DNA of 64,000 bases. It comes from Octopus sinensis (taxonomy: Eukaryota). The number at the start of each line of letters is the position of its first letter. Position 1 is the first letter of the stretch. The stretch lies in contig NC_043000.1 of NCBI RefSeq assembly GCF_006345805.1, forward strand, positions 108,748,001-108,812,000, read 5' to 3'. Position numbers and translations under genes: made by a program. Under the pieces are notes generated by a model. The model was not told where the DNA came from. It saw nothing but the letters and a program-made list of their open reading frames with translations, and ran no database searches. This document shows, piece after piece, positions 50,163-62,699 of the stretch.

Positions 50163-52916
50163 AAGAAGATACAAGAATTTTCAAGAATTTCAACTGGGCC
50201 ACAACTCTAAATATACAAATAATATATATTTCATTGCATACCTAGTTACATATTATTTAATATAATGTATCAAATACATTATGAATAGATTTGTAATGTA
50301 TATTATACACTAAACATGTTATCCAACATTCGAAACAGAACGTCACCTTAAATAATTATTAAAAGACTATCAGAGTAGAGAGGAGACATACATACGGTCA
50401 AAAGAACTGCCAACAACTGAATGGAAATGATTTTCTCGTCTCCAAAGGATTCTTTCCTCTATCTTGCTCCAACTAATCAATGACCCCTTTCTTTTGCATA
50501 TAAAAGTGGTTTAATAAAACAACAAAGGAAATAACAATCCGTAGATCGGAAAACGAAAGTAGAGAAGTAGTAGTAGTAGTGAGAGAAAGAGGGAGACAAA
50601 GAGACACAGAGAGAGAGGGGGGAGTGGGATATTTAACCGGTGCCGGTTGCAGTAAAAGATTAGCACCGGATTATCATTACAAAGATGTAAATATTTATTC
50701 GTTGTTGAATAATTGAATTGGAGTTTTTGAGAAATCATCTTTGAAGCATTATTATGTTTTCAGTCAGTGGCAGAGGAAGGGGCTCACAAAAATATGGTGT
50801 ACGAAAATAGGGGTCATAAATTAGGGTTCAGCCGCTTCATGTTGTTGAACTACTAGCATCACTTGTACAAATACCAATAATAATGATGATTTTTTTATTT
50901 GCCACAGAGACATTGATGAGGAGGATATCAAAAGCGCGGGGGGGGGGGGTTACAAAAAATGTGGAGAAAGAAAAAGAAAAGGAGAGAAAGATCTACAAAA
51001 TATGTAAACACATGAATAATAATCTTTTCTTCTATAAGCACAAGGCCTGAAATTTTTGAAGTACGGGATTCGTCGATTACATCAACCCCAGTATTCAGCT
51101 GGTATTTATTTTATCGACCCCGAAAGGATGAAAGTCGACCTTAGAACGTAAAAGCCGGAAGAAATGTTGCTAAATATTTGTCCAGTAAGCTAACAATTCT
51201 GAGCAAAGGACATTATTTCACTGTTATGGGAAAATCGAACACGGTGATAGAAATATGCCTTTTAAGTATCTCGATCATTTTCTATTTCCTACGAAGACAA
51301 CAAATAAAACATTTCGGTACAAAATTTTTTTTAAATAAGACAGGTGAAATAACAAATAAAAATAAATACATAAGAACATGAAGAGAATAAAAAAATTAAC
51401 AATAGGACGAGATCTGTTTAAGAAATTTAAATTTAATACTGAACTTAAAGCAAGGCAGATAGTCACAAGGCCAACTTTGAAGAGGAGAGTGGTTATAGTT
51501 TGATTATAACGACCCCCCAGTACTAGACATACTTTATTTAATTGATCACCCCCCCTCTCCCAAAAGAGATGAAAGGCTAGGTTGATCTTGGTGGGATTTG
51601 AACTCAGAATGTAAAGGACCATAACTACTTACAATAAACTATTTTGTCCGGAATTTTACTTTCCAAAGTAGTAGTAGTAGTTCTGTAATGGAGATACTAA
51701 TGAACATGCTAACACTTGCTTACATTAAACAAGGTCATAGTTTTGAGTGAGGGTGTAGTTAAACATCATAGGATTTGAATTCAGAATAATTACTTATATG
51801 GAAATTAAATAAAACGATGAAGCATAGTCTTCTAATGAGTAGGCCACATGTTTCCTACACCAAAACAAATTTAACAATAAAGTATCGGTAATTGCGCTTT
51901 ATATAACGAAATTAAATTTTAAACCCACTTTCATACATTAACATAAAGGGCAAATTACATGACTATTGTCGTTACAAAATGTTTCTTTACAATTTCTTAA
52001 TTTATTTATTTATCTTCCTATCCTAGATACAGTGACGTGAACAGTGACTCTCACTAAATATTTTCTACGGAATGTTTATTCCTAAATAAACAATTTACTC
52101 GAAAATATTTGAGTTGAACGAACCCCATTTTCAGTATTGATTATTTTCCTCTTTATACAAGGCACTGAAATTAGAGAATTACAGAAGGTGGAGGTAGAAG
52201 AATGGCTGAGGTAGATCTCAGATTTGTTCAATGTTGGAAGTTTAAACGAAAGGTAACAGTAGAAAGGAATGCAGCCCTCATTTGTCCCTAGAAATTTAAA
52301 CAGATTCAAAACATAAATTAACGACTTATTTATTACATAATCTTCAAGGAATTTTTAATTGGAATATATAAACTGGCAATTAAAAGAAGTACTGCTATAT
52401 ATCAACTAATTATAAATGGAGTTATTATTCACGTTATTAAAGAGGATAAAAATAACATGACGACCACCACAACCGCTGTGATCATCAGACATAGTAACAT
52501 CATTGTACTGACAAGTGGTACACATTCTTTTAAAGATATTTGACAACCAAGGAGTGGGTGTGAAGAGGCAACTGGGTTACGCTAGATAAAAGAAACGAAG
52601 TGAGGAAATATAAAGGTTGTTAAAAAGGAAATAAGAAATAAAAAAGAGGGAATGAGGTGGAATTTCGATGATGATTTCCATGTTCATGGTTGGTAAAAGT
52701 GGTAGAAATAACCATATTTGGAAACGAAGAAAACGACGAGTTTGAATAAAAAAAATAAGACTATGTGGCGGTCATGTGTTTCGAAAAGAGGGTAGGCAAT
52801 GAATTTGATGATGTCAAGTGGGAGCAGGTTCTTCCAAATGGAACGAAGAATGCATTTAAGATACACATACTTAAATCGATCAGATTTAAGAGTGAACTTT
52901 GATCTCAGTGAACTTA

Positions 52917-53019
52917 CGGTCAGACTACAAGGTCCATCGCCATCAATGTTAGCGTTCATATATATACACATTCACGATTGTCAAAACATTTATAGATATA
53001 TAAACATTATATAAACCGC
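52917..53019 (-). other. Candidate second exon (UTR or start MNANIDGDGPCSLT)
   Basis: Donor gacc|GTAAGT (acttac 52911-16); possible acceptors attcatcttag (53020) or tatcctttag (53124). Coding status unknown. Confidence 0.3.
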
Positions 53020-53392
53020 CTAAGATGAATATATATGCATTATATATATATATATATATAAGCAGATTGTGACGAATATATTATATTAAGCCTTTTTTCG
53101 TCCATATGATCGAAGTTTGAGTCCTAAAGGATATACCGAAAGAATGCCAATTATATTCATGAAGAGAATAAATCATGTTTAATGGAAATAAATTTATTGA
53201 AGTTTAAAAGAAAACAAAATACATTTCAAATAAAGATCTTTTTCATTCATTCACGAAATGTATTATATTTCATTTTTCTTCTCGTCTTTCTCGTTATGAT
53301 TACAGTTTATCAATAGAGAAGGCATTTTTTTCTTTCCTCCTTTTCTTCAGAGGATAAAGAAAACATTTCATCCGATCTATACGGACAAGCAT

Positions 53393-53428
<36 letters not shown>

Positions 53429-53677
53429 GTAGGACTAGATTTTTGTGCGTCAAAATGTTCGTGTTGCACATCGAATTCATTGACACACAAATTTACTGAG
53501 CAACTTGCATCAACAGTGAAATATTGACGCATAACAATATTAGATGAAAACAAATTATGTTTATTATAACAGACTGTTAACGATATAATTAGGGTTTGAT
53601 GTTTTTTTTCCCCAGTTACAATGCCTTTTCGTTCCGAGACCAAGTCACTTGCCAAGCAAGTTCAGCATTGATTATAT

Positions 53678-53743
<66 letters not shown>

Positions 53744-53991
53744 CTCCTTTAACAATAAAATAGATTCAAAAGACAACTGCGGGAAGGGGTAAAACGACAA
53801 CAAACAATAAAAGGAGAGTCTGTGTTTCATTGAATATATATATATAAATGAAGTGGGAGGGAGGTAGTAAAGAAAGAAGATTTGCAGAAAGTAGACAAAT
53901 GAAATCTATAAACTCATGTATCAGACATGAAAACATAGAAAGACTATATACAAAAAATAATCTAAGTTAAAAGGTTTCCAGAACAACTTAC

Positions 53992-54040
53992 TTTGGCCAA
54001 AAACAATCGCGGTTCAAACCCGGTCGGTGTGCTCTGATGG
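53992..54040 (-). other. Candidate non-coding first exon of an unidentified minus-strand gene (5' end approximate)
   Basis: Minus-strand ...ttggccaaa|GTAAGT donor (acttac at 53986-91) about 50 bp downstream of the promoter motifs; the plus strand to the left looks A/C-rich, as expected for the antisense of an intron. Confidence 0.5.
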
Positions 54041-54303
54041 AGGGCGTGGCTGACCGGAAACTGGGAGGGGGGAATTTAATTTCATAGCTTCCGGTTCCGG
54101 GTAAACGAAAGCGCGATTTCGTATACTCTGAGGTCAATTTTACCTTTCATCCTTTCGCGGGGGTCGATAAAATAAAGCACCAGTAGACAACTGGGGCCGA
54201 TGTAATCGTCTGTTCCCTCCCCTTAAAATTTCAGGCTTTGTGCCGATAGCAGAAAGAATTCTTCTTCATATAATTATTATTATCGGATTGTGTTGTGACG
54301 TCA
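54040..54303. promoter_or_regulatory. Candidate housekeeping-type, possibly bidirectional, promoter
   Basis: Locally CpG-rich. gggcgtggc (Sp/KLF-like) 54042-50; accggaaac 54053-61; gcttccggttccgggt 54088-54103 (two tandem ETS cores on the minus strand); perfect CRE tgacgtca 54296-54303. Confidence 0.6.
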
Positions 54304-54555
54304 GCAACTGTAGCAGTAGACACAAGTGTTTCGACTTTCGAGAACTTAGTCAGAAGGAAAGAACGCAATTCTTTACTGAGATCACTGACTGACATGGAAT
54401 GGGGATTCTTCATCATCGTTTATTCATTCATTGCCAAAATTAGATCAGCATCATCATCATCACCTTCTTCTTCTTCCACATGCACTCTTAGAATCGTACA
54501 TAAATGTACATGTGCGTGTATGTATGTATTATGTATGTATGTATCTATCTATATG

Positions 54556-54597
<42 letters not shown>

Positions 54598-54965
54598 TTA
54601 TACATATATATATATATATATTTAAATAATGAGGGAGATAAATCAAATATTAATTTAATTAATATCAATTAAAAACCACTAGCCGAGCATATAAAAAAAT
54701 CTGAAAAATCAGAAAAAAATTTCAATATATGTATATATTCTTTGTAGTTAGATCGTATGTGATCTTCTTCTAGCATATTGGTTATCCACCTAGTGGTTTA
54801 GCCCTAAATATATAGATAAGTGTGTATATATATATATATATATAATTCATAAATATTTATGAATTGTTTATAATTTTAACCTTTAAAGGTATTTTTTAAT
54901 ATGCTGGCCATTGATAAAATTTTTTTGGAAAAGAATTTTTTTCGAAAAAAATTTTATCCTACATT

Positions 54966-55011
<46 letters not shown>

Positions 55012-55644
55012 ATATTGTCTTTTACATTTTTCTGTCATTAGACTGCGACCATGTTGGGGCACTGCTTTGAAGAATCTTGGGTCGAAGGAATCGAGCCCAG
55101 TACTTTATTTTAAAAGTCTGATAATTATTCTATTGGTCTCTTGTCAAACCATTAACTTATGGGGATGTAAACACACCAACACCAGTTGCCAAGAGGTGGT
55201 AAGGAACAAACATAGACTCAAAAACATAGATATATATATCTCTAATTAGAGGATATGTTAACCTCATAAAGGGATGGTTACATCCAAGGAAATACTGGTT
55301 CAATACCTAGTATTTTGGGGGAAAGAAATTCCCTTAAAACAATAGGTATATACAAAGCATATAGTTTATATTCATTTAAAAGAAAATGGAAATTAGGAAG
55401 TTAATAATTGTTTATTATTAACCACAAATTGGTCATCTTCGCTTCTTGCAGCTGTTTTAATTAATACACAATAGTTTAATTACAAATTAGTACATTAAAT
55501 TTACATTTATGTGACATTTCATCACAGGTAAAAAAGATGTATGTTTGGATGTTATATGTGGGCTTATCAATTCATTTCAGCAGTCTACTGAGATGAATTG
55601 TTTCTGCGGCATTGGCTATCTAGAATTATCCCTATATCCCTTAA

Positions 55645-55863
55645 CCCTTTCGTTACCGTATTTATTTTGAGATTCTGTGTTGGGTTCAATTAATTCCAAA
55701 TATAACAAAGAATTTAGTAAAATAACTTAGTTATCATTCAGCTAGTGTTAGGAACATAAATTGTGACTTAGGTTTGGTGGGAGACTTTAATTCAAAACTT
55801 ATGAAAACAAGACATTGTACAACAGAGCCAGAGGTGGTTTCAGTCGGGTTGGTATTGAAAGGG
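55645..55863. mobile_element. piggyBac-type MITE, second copy
   Basis: ccctttcgttacc ... ggtattgaaaggg with TTAA on both sides (55641-44, 55864-67); body homologous to 14403-14607. Confidence 0.85.
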
Positions 55864-56614
55864 TTAAAGGTTCAACTGTGTTTGTGTAAACATCTCAGGG
55901 CTTGTTTGTGTCTTGTATTAATTAATGTGTGTTTTGATGAAAATATTTAACATATAAGTCACATCTATTTCTCCCTACGTGATAAGGCTAGCAATACTAA
56001 TTAGTTCCCATTCGATAGAAAAGCTGACCACTCCGAGAGTGTAATAGGTGCTTTTATGTGTCACCAGAATGGGTGCCATTTGCATGATGCTTGGGTGCAT
56101 TTATGTGCCACTGGCATATGTGCCAATTTGTGTAACACCAGGACTGATGCCACAACTGCCATTTTGCTCAGCTTGACGGGTCTTCTTCCCAAGCACAACA
56201 TAATGCCAATATATGTAAGATTTGGTTGTTGTTTCTAGTAGGCTGAGTAACCATGATGGTGATTTTACTCCGCATGACATGTCTGTTTTGCTTGAGAAAC
56301 TCATCAAGCCAAGGAAGATCACTGTCATCCATCCATACAGGCTCCTCCTTCACTGGAGCTGCTGCCACGTAAGGTGCACCTCTGCTGGTGCTGAATAGGT
56401 GCACCCATGCCAGTGGCACATAAACGCACACTCTGCAAAGTGGTTAGCATTAGGAAGGGCATCTAGCTGTAGAAACCATGCCACAACAGACAATTTGTAG
56501 TTTGGACAGGCCTCCGGGTGGTTAGCTCCTGTCAAACCATCCAACCCATGCCAGCATGGAAAGCAGATGTTAAATGTTACTGCTACAGATGATGATGATG
56601 ATGATCACACACAC

Positions 56615-57310
56615 ACACATATATGAAACCTGTGTGCAAACAGCTGTGCTACATGGCAGTGAAACATGGGTTGTGACCACTGAGGACATGCATTGGCTCA
56701 AAAGAAATGAAGCTTGTATGCTCTGCTGGATGTGCAATGACAGTGAGCATGTACGTCAGAGTGTAAGCATCTCAAGAGAAAAGTTGGGCATAAAAGGCAT
56801 CAGATGTGGCGTGCAAGGGAGACAACTGCACTGATAATGGTCATGAGTATGGACGAGGACAGCTGTGCAAGAAATGCCAATCTCTAACTGTGGAGGGATC
56901 CTGTGGAAGAGGTAGACCCAGGAAGACATGGGATGAGGTGGTGAAGCCTGATCTTCGAATGTTGGGCCTAACGGGGGCAATGACTAGCGACTGAGAGCTT
57001 TGGTGATATGCTGTGCTTGGGAAGACCCATCAAGCCAAGTGAGATTGTAGTCATGGCCGATGCAAGTGTCACATAATTGGCACCTGTGCTGGTGGCATGT
57101 AAAATACACCTGTTGAGTACTGGGTGTCATGGAAGCAATGCCAGTAGCATGCAAAATGCACCTGTTGAGCATAGGACGTCATGGAGGCATCTGGAAACCC
57201 TTCCAGTGACATGTAAAAACACCCATTACACAGCCTAACAACTCTGGGTCAAACCGTCCAACCCATGCCAGCATGGACAATAAATGTTAAATTATGATGA
57301 TGATGATGAT
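56615..57310 (+). mobile_element. RTE LINE 3' fragment (ORF2 C-terminus and tail)
   Basis: YETCVQTAVLHGSETWVVT...KRNEACMLCWMC...REKLGIKGIRC and RGRPRKTWDEVVKPDLR; ends in a (GAT)n tail near 57300. Confidence 0.85.
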
Positions 57311-57959
57311 TTATATATATATATATATATATACAAACACACACACATATATATATATATATGAGCAAAACACCCCCTGTCCAATGGACGATGCTGAGTT
57401 GTCAAATATTTAAACCAAATTTTCTCAAAACAACTTGTCCGACCGTCCCATAGGCCTCCCCTCTGAGAAACACTGATTTAACCTAAATTTGAGACACCAG
57501 CAAAAGAAGAAATAAAGATAGACTTTTTTTCTATTCCAAAGAAAAATGATTTTATTCACACAAATATGCAACCGAAGAGTTTAAAGTACCAGTAATGATA
57601 AGGCTGTTGACTGGGAGGACTCAAACATGTTTAAACAGTAAGCTTGGCAGGAAAGAAACGTGCCTTTAAGCGGTACAAAAACAACAAAAAATGGAAGGTG
57701 CAGTTATGTACAGGTTGACAGAAGAAAAGCAGGACAAAAACGATGCATTCAAATGGGTTAGCTGGAGGTAAATCTAGATGGAAAAGCATGATGAATTTAT
57801 GAGAACGTACCTGGGACAATAACAAGTTTATCCGATAAAACATGTAGGAAATCAACTTGGGGCGATTTTTTATGAAAAGCAAACAACCTAGGGAACTAAG
57901 TAACTAATTTTAAGCTAACTTACTTTACAGGATTTCAAGGGCATGGAAAAGCTAGTGGC

Positions 57960-58180
57960 AACAGCTGATGTACTTGCGCGTACAAATACACATTCCCACG
58001 GCTTTATCGATTGCATTCTCACCTGGAATCGATTCTTGTAATTTTTTCAAGACTTATACACATCCTGATACCATCAGTGTCTACATATCAAATTTGTGCG
58101 CAATTGGATGGAGGATGCCCAAGATCCTAGAAGACACACACGCAGACAGACAGACAAAACAGATTTTATATAATATATAT
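57960..58180 (+). mobile_element. 3' end of another HINE-like element
   Basis: aaatttgtgcgcaattggatggagg...cagacagacagacaaaacagattttatataatatatat resembles a typical HINE 3' end; directly abuts the RTE 5' junction. Confidence 0.45.
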
Positions 58181-60369
58181 GAAAATGAATGGGATAAAGA
58201 GAGTCTGCTGAATGTCGACCCAACAGAGGGACCAGCAATCCGAGTTGACGGTTCCTTAGTAGTTAAGGCAATTACAAGCATGAAAACAAGGAAAGCCCCT
58301 GGCCCATTAGGAATTACTGCAGAGATGCTCAAAATATCTGGTAGTGCTGGCTATAGCCTAGTCACCCATATAGTTAACCAGGTGATACACGAAGGAGTCA
58401 TACCCAATGACTGGTGTAGCAGCATAATAGCCAACTGCTACAAAAGTAAAGGTGACGTTCTAGATACAAATAACTACAGGGGTATCAAGCTGCTGGATCA
58501 GGTATGAAGGTCATGGAGAGGGTTATAGCCCAACTAATTAGAGAGAGAGTTAGCTTAGATGAGATGCAGTTTGGGTTCGTGCTAGGGAAAAGTACTACTG
58601 ATGCTATATTCCTGGTAAGACAGCTGCAGGAGAAATACCTAGCCAAAGATAAGCACCTGTACCTGGCTTTTGTTGATATGGAGAAAGCCTTCGACAGGGT
58701 CCCCCGATCCCTTATCTGGTGGTCAATGAGGAAACTAGGGATAGATGAATGGTTAGTGAGAGCTGTGCGAGCCATGTACAGAGACGCTGCTAGTAAGGTG
58801 AGGGTTGGCAACAAGTAGAGTGAAGAATTCCGGGTAGAGGTTGGGGTCCACCAAGGTTCAGTCCTCAGTCCCCTCCTATTTATCATAGTCCTCTAGGCAA
58901 TAACGGAGGAATTCAAGACAGGATGCCCTGGGAGCTCCTCTATGCTGATGACCTTGCTCTAATTGCTGAGTCACTATCAGAACTGGAGGAGAAGTTTCAG
59001 GTGTGGAAGCAAAGTTTAGAATCGAAGGGCCTTAGAATCAACCTAGCCAAAACCAAAGTCCTAATAAGTAGGAAGGTAGACCAATCACAAATGCCTTCAG
59101 GTAGATGGCCCTGCTCGATTTGTGAAAAAGGCGTAGGTAGAAACTCTATAAGGTGCACCAAGTGTAAGCTATGGACACATAAGAGGTACAGCAATGTCAA
59201 AGGAAGGCTAACTAGGAAAATAGTTTTTATCTGTGGCAGATGCTCAGGAGCAATAAACACTGAAAATGTGCAGAGACCAACTTCTACCACGTTCCAGGGA
59301 GAAAAACTAGAAGTAGTTGATAGCTTCCGCTACCTAGGTGACTAAGTCAGTAGCTGGGGTGGGTGTGCTGAAAGTGTAACTGCTAGAGTAAGAATAGCCT
59401 GGGCAAAGTTTAGAGAGCTCTTACCCCTGCTAGTGACAAAAGGCCTCTCGCTCAGAGTAAAAGGCAGACTGTATGATGCATGTGTACGTACAGCCATGCT
59501 ACATGGTAGTGAAACACTACAAAAGTCCACACCCTAGCAGTTGAGGGAACCTGTGGAAGAGGTAGACCCAGGAAAACCTGGGACGAGGTGGTGAAGCACG
59601 ACCTTCGAACTTTAGGTCTCACCAAGGAAATGACTAGAGACCGAGACCTATGGAAGTATGCTGTGCGTGAGAAGACCCGGCAAGACTAGTGAGAACATAA
59701 CCTGTGGCCTACATACCTTTCCTTCTTGGGACACAAAACTCCACTTGTGAAGACCCGTTGAGGCAAGTGAAAATCAAAATGAAACCAAATCAAATCCGAT
59801 ATCAGAACGCAGAACCAAAATCGAAGTCGATCAACATCAATGGAAATTGCAGCTGTGGTACCAGTGCCGGTGACAAGTAAGCGAACCATCCGATCGTGGC
59901 CGTTGCCAGTGCCGCCCCGACTGGCCTCTGTGCTGGTGGCACGTAAAAGCACCATCCGTTCGTGTCCATTGCCAGCCTCACCTGGCCCCCGTGCCGGTGG
60001 CACGTAGCACCATCCGTTCATGGCCGTTGCCAGCCTCGCCTGGCCGCCGTGCCGGTGGCACGTAAAAGAACCATCTGTTCGTGGCCGTTGCCAGCCTGGC
60101 CTGGCCCCCGTGTCGGTGACACGTAAAAAGCACCATCCGTCCGTGGCCGTTTGCCAGCTCCGACTGGCACCTGTGCAGGTGGCACGTAAAAAGCACCCAC
60201 TACACTCACGGAGTGGTTGGCGTTAGGAAGGGCATCCAGCCGTAGAAACACTGCCAGATCAGACTGGGCCTGATGCAGCCTTCTGGTTTCATAGACCCCA
60301 GTTGAACCGTCCAACCTATGCTAGCATGGAAAGTGGACGCTAAATGATGATGATGATGATGATGATGAT
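58181..60369 (+). mobile_element. 5'-truncated RTE-clade LINE (RT, 3' UTR with VNTR, (GAT)n tail)
   Basis: KAPGPLGITAEMLK, NYRGIKLL, QFGF...STTDAIF, FVDMEKAFDRVPR, GVHQGSVLSPLLF, WELLYADDL, Cys-rich WPCSICEKGVGRNSIRCTKCKLWTHKR, FRYLGD, LYDACVRTAMLHGSET. Several stops and frameshifts and an internal deletion near 59520; ends atgatgatgat. Confidence 0.93.
59886..60198 (+). repeat. Five ~58-66-bp tandem units in the RTE 3' UTR
   Basis: Units begin ccatc(c/t)g and end in variants of gtgccggtggcacgtaaaa(a)gca; one long (66-nt) type and several shorter (~60-nt) types. Confidence 0.88.
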
Positions 60370-60597
60370 ATATACATATACATATATAGATATATATCAT
60401 CATGTGAAACTATTAATCCCCATACATTTATTTTCTGTCTTCAGTAGGGTGAAGTGTGTGGGTGAATTCCAAACACATGTGCATATATTGAATACACTTA
60501 TATATGCATAAATATATATCTATTTAAATATATATATATACACACATACACACTCATACACAGATATGACAATACAACAGGAAAACCGAACTTAAAG

Positions 60598-60742
60598 TCA
60601 AACAAATTGATCCAAGGGCTTATTCTTTGTAAGCCCATTACTTACTCTATCGGTCTCTTTTGCTGAACTGCTAAGTTACAGGAGCATAAACATGTTAACA
60701 TCGGTGGTCAAGCAATGGTGGGGGTCAAACATAGACACACAA

Positions 60743-60796
<54 letters not shown>

Positions 60797-60945
60797 TATG
60801 GGCTTCTTTCAGTTTCCATCTACCAAATCCACTCACAAGGCTTTGGTTGGCCCAAGGCTATAGTAGAAGACACTTGCCTAAGGTGCCATGCAGTGGGACT
60901 GAACCCGGAACCATGTTATTGGGAAGTAAGCTTCTTACCACACAG
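60598..60945 (-). mobile_element. Abundant tRNA-derived SINE with CORE-like segment (representative copy)
   Basis: Head gtaagaagcttacttcccaataacatggttccgggttcagtccc, CORE-like ggcaccttaggcaagtgtcttct, central (TA/CA)n. More than 20 further full or partial copies, e.g. 5400-5590, 6930-7310, 8540-8900, 12715-12900, 15540-15890, 17395-17710, 18890-19245, 29650-29945, 41410-41780, 44260-44600, 55010-55220, 61221-61888. Confidence 0.85.
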
Positions 60946-61627
60946 CGATATACACACCCATACATATACACATACATACATGTACACATATATATAAATA
61001 AATGTTTGTATATAAATAAATGCTGGTACCACACAAAAAGCACCCAGTACATTCTGTAAAGTAGAAACCATGCCAGAACAGACAATGGAGCCAGATGTGG
61101 CTCCCAGCCTTACCAGCTCCAGTCAAACTGTCCAACCCATGCCAGCATGGAAAAGGGACGTTAAATGATGATGATAATGATATATATATATGCACACGTA
61201 TATATATATATAGGCGCATGAGTGGCTGTGTTGTAAGAAGCTTGCTTCCCAACCACATGGTTTTAGGTTCAGTTCCACAGCATGGCACCTTAGGCAAATG
61301 TTTTCTACTATAACCTTGGGCTGACCAAAGCCTTGTGAGTGGATTTGCTAGACAGAAACTGAAAGAAGCCTGTCGTGACCTTCGAAACGCAGAGTAGATG
61401 AAACCATGGCGACTGAAGAAGGGAAATTTTCCTTGTGTTATTTGTCCTGTACTCTATTTTTTCGTTGTTTAAAAAAAATGTCTATTTCCTTGGTTTTGTG
61501 TTTATGTTTTCGTTTCTCATTGTGTTCGACGTTTTTTTGGTGTCCTGTACCCATATATGCATGTATATATACATGTAGAGGTAGGTACATACATATATGT
61601 AGATATGCATATGTTTTATTTATTTAT

Positions 61628-61665
<38 letters not shown>

Positions 61666-62122
61666 ATGTGTGTGCATCTTTGAATCTGTGCTTCCCTCCC
61701 CCCCATCACCACTTGACAACTGGTCTTAGTTTGTTTATGTCTCCATAACTTAGTGGTTCAGCAAAAGAGACTGAAAGAATAAGTACCAGGCTTAAAAAAA
61801 AGTACTGCAGTTGATCCATTGGATTAAAAATTCAAGGTGGTGCCCCAGCATGGCCAGTCATATGACTGAAACAAGCAAAAGATAAAAGTTATATGTGTGT
61901 GTGTGTGTTTACATAACATATATACGTGTGTGGATGTATATATTTCCGTGGGTTTAAAATATCTTAAAACATTTTTAAGACTAAAAAAATTTTAAACTAT
62001 TTTATTTATCCCGTTTTATTCTTTTAAGATTTTAATATTTTATCTTAACTTTAATTTGTTGCTTTCATCCAGTATTGAAACCTGTACCCTTCTATCATTA
62101 TGACCCCATGGTTATTGGTATT

Positions 62123-62346
62123 CTGGCAGAAACGTTAGCATGTCGGGTAAAATGCATAGCCGTATTTCGTCTGTCGTTACGTTGTGGGTTCAAATTCCGC
62201 CGAGGTCGACTTTGCCTTTCGTCCTTTCGGGGTCGATAAATTAAGTACCAGTTACACACTGGGTCGATGTAATCGACTTAATACCTATGTCTGTCCTTGT
62301 TTGTCCCCCCTATGTTTAACCCCTTGTGGGTAATAAAGAAATAGGT
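62123..62346 (+). mobile_element. tRNA-derived SINE family with Meta/MESC-like central domain (representative copy)
   Basis: ggttcaaattcc B box followed by gccgaggtcgactttgcctttcgtcctttcggggtcgataaattaagtacc. Other copies at about 800-900(-), 9740-9960(+), 10405-10620(+), 35570-36520(-, several), 44835-45200(-, two), 45852-46068(+), 51030-51200(-), 51520-51620(-), 54125-54255(+). The domain name comes from recalled similarity only. Confidence 0.8.
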
Positions 62347-62699
62347 ATTGTTATTTCTGTTATTATTTTGGAAGGATTTTCTTATTGTTATTGATATTAT
62401 TGTTGTTGATGCTGTCACCTTCATCATAATTTTTTTTTTTGTATATAACACATCACTCTGCAAGTTTACTCCAATCTTCTATAACTTAGTTTACCTTAAT
62501 GCTAATTTTAGTAACTTCAACTTTAGTTAAAATTTAAATCCTACCTCTTTTATCAATTTAAATTTTAAAACCTGTATAACCAGCTCAACCAGCATTGACA
62601 TCTAATTTTCAACAACTTGACATCACCCCATTTGTAACAATATCTCTCAATCAATCAATATTTATATCCTGATGATGAGAGCCTTTCCTGACCTCTCCA

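Noticed and set aside
61381-61425. Permuted (type II) hammerhead gaaacgc...ctgaagaaggg
   Set aside because: Stem I cannot be paired by eye, so it was not counted as a ribozyme; kept only as pLTR-like sequence.
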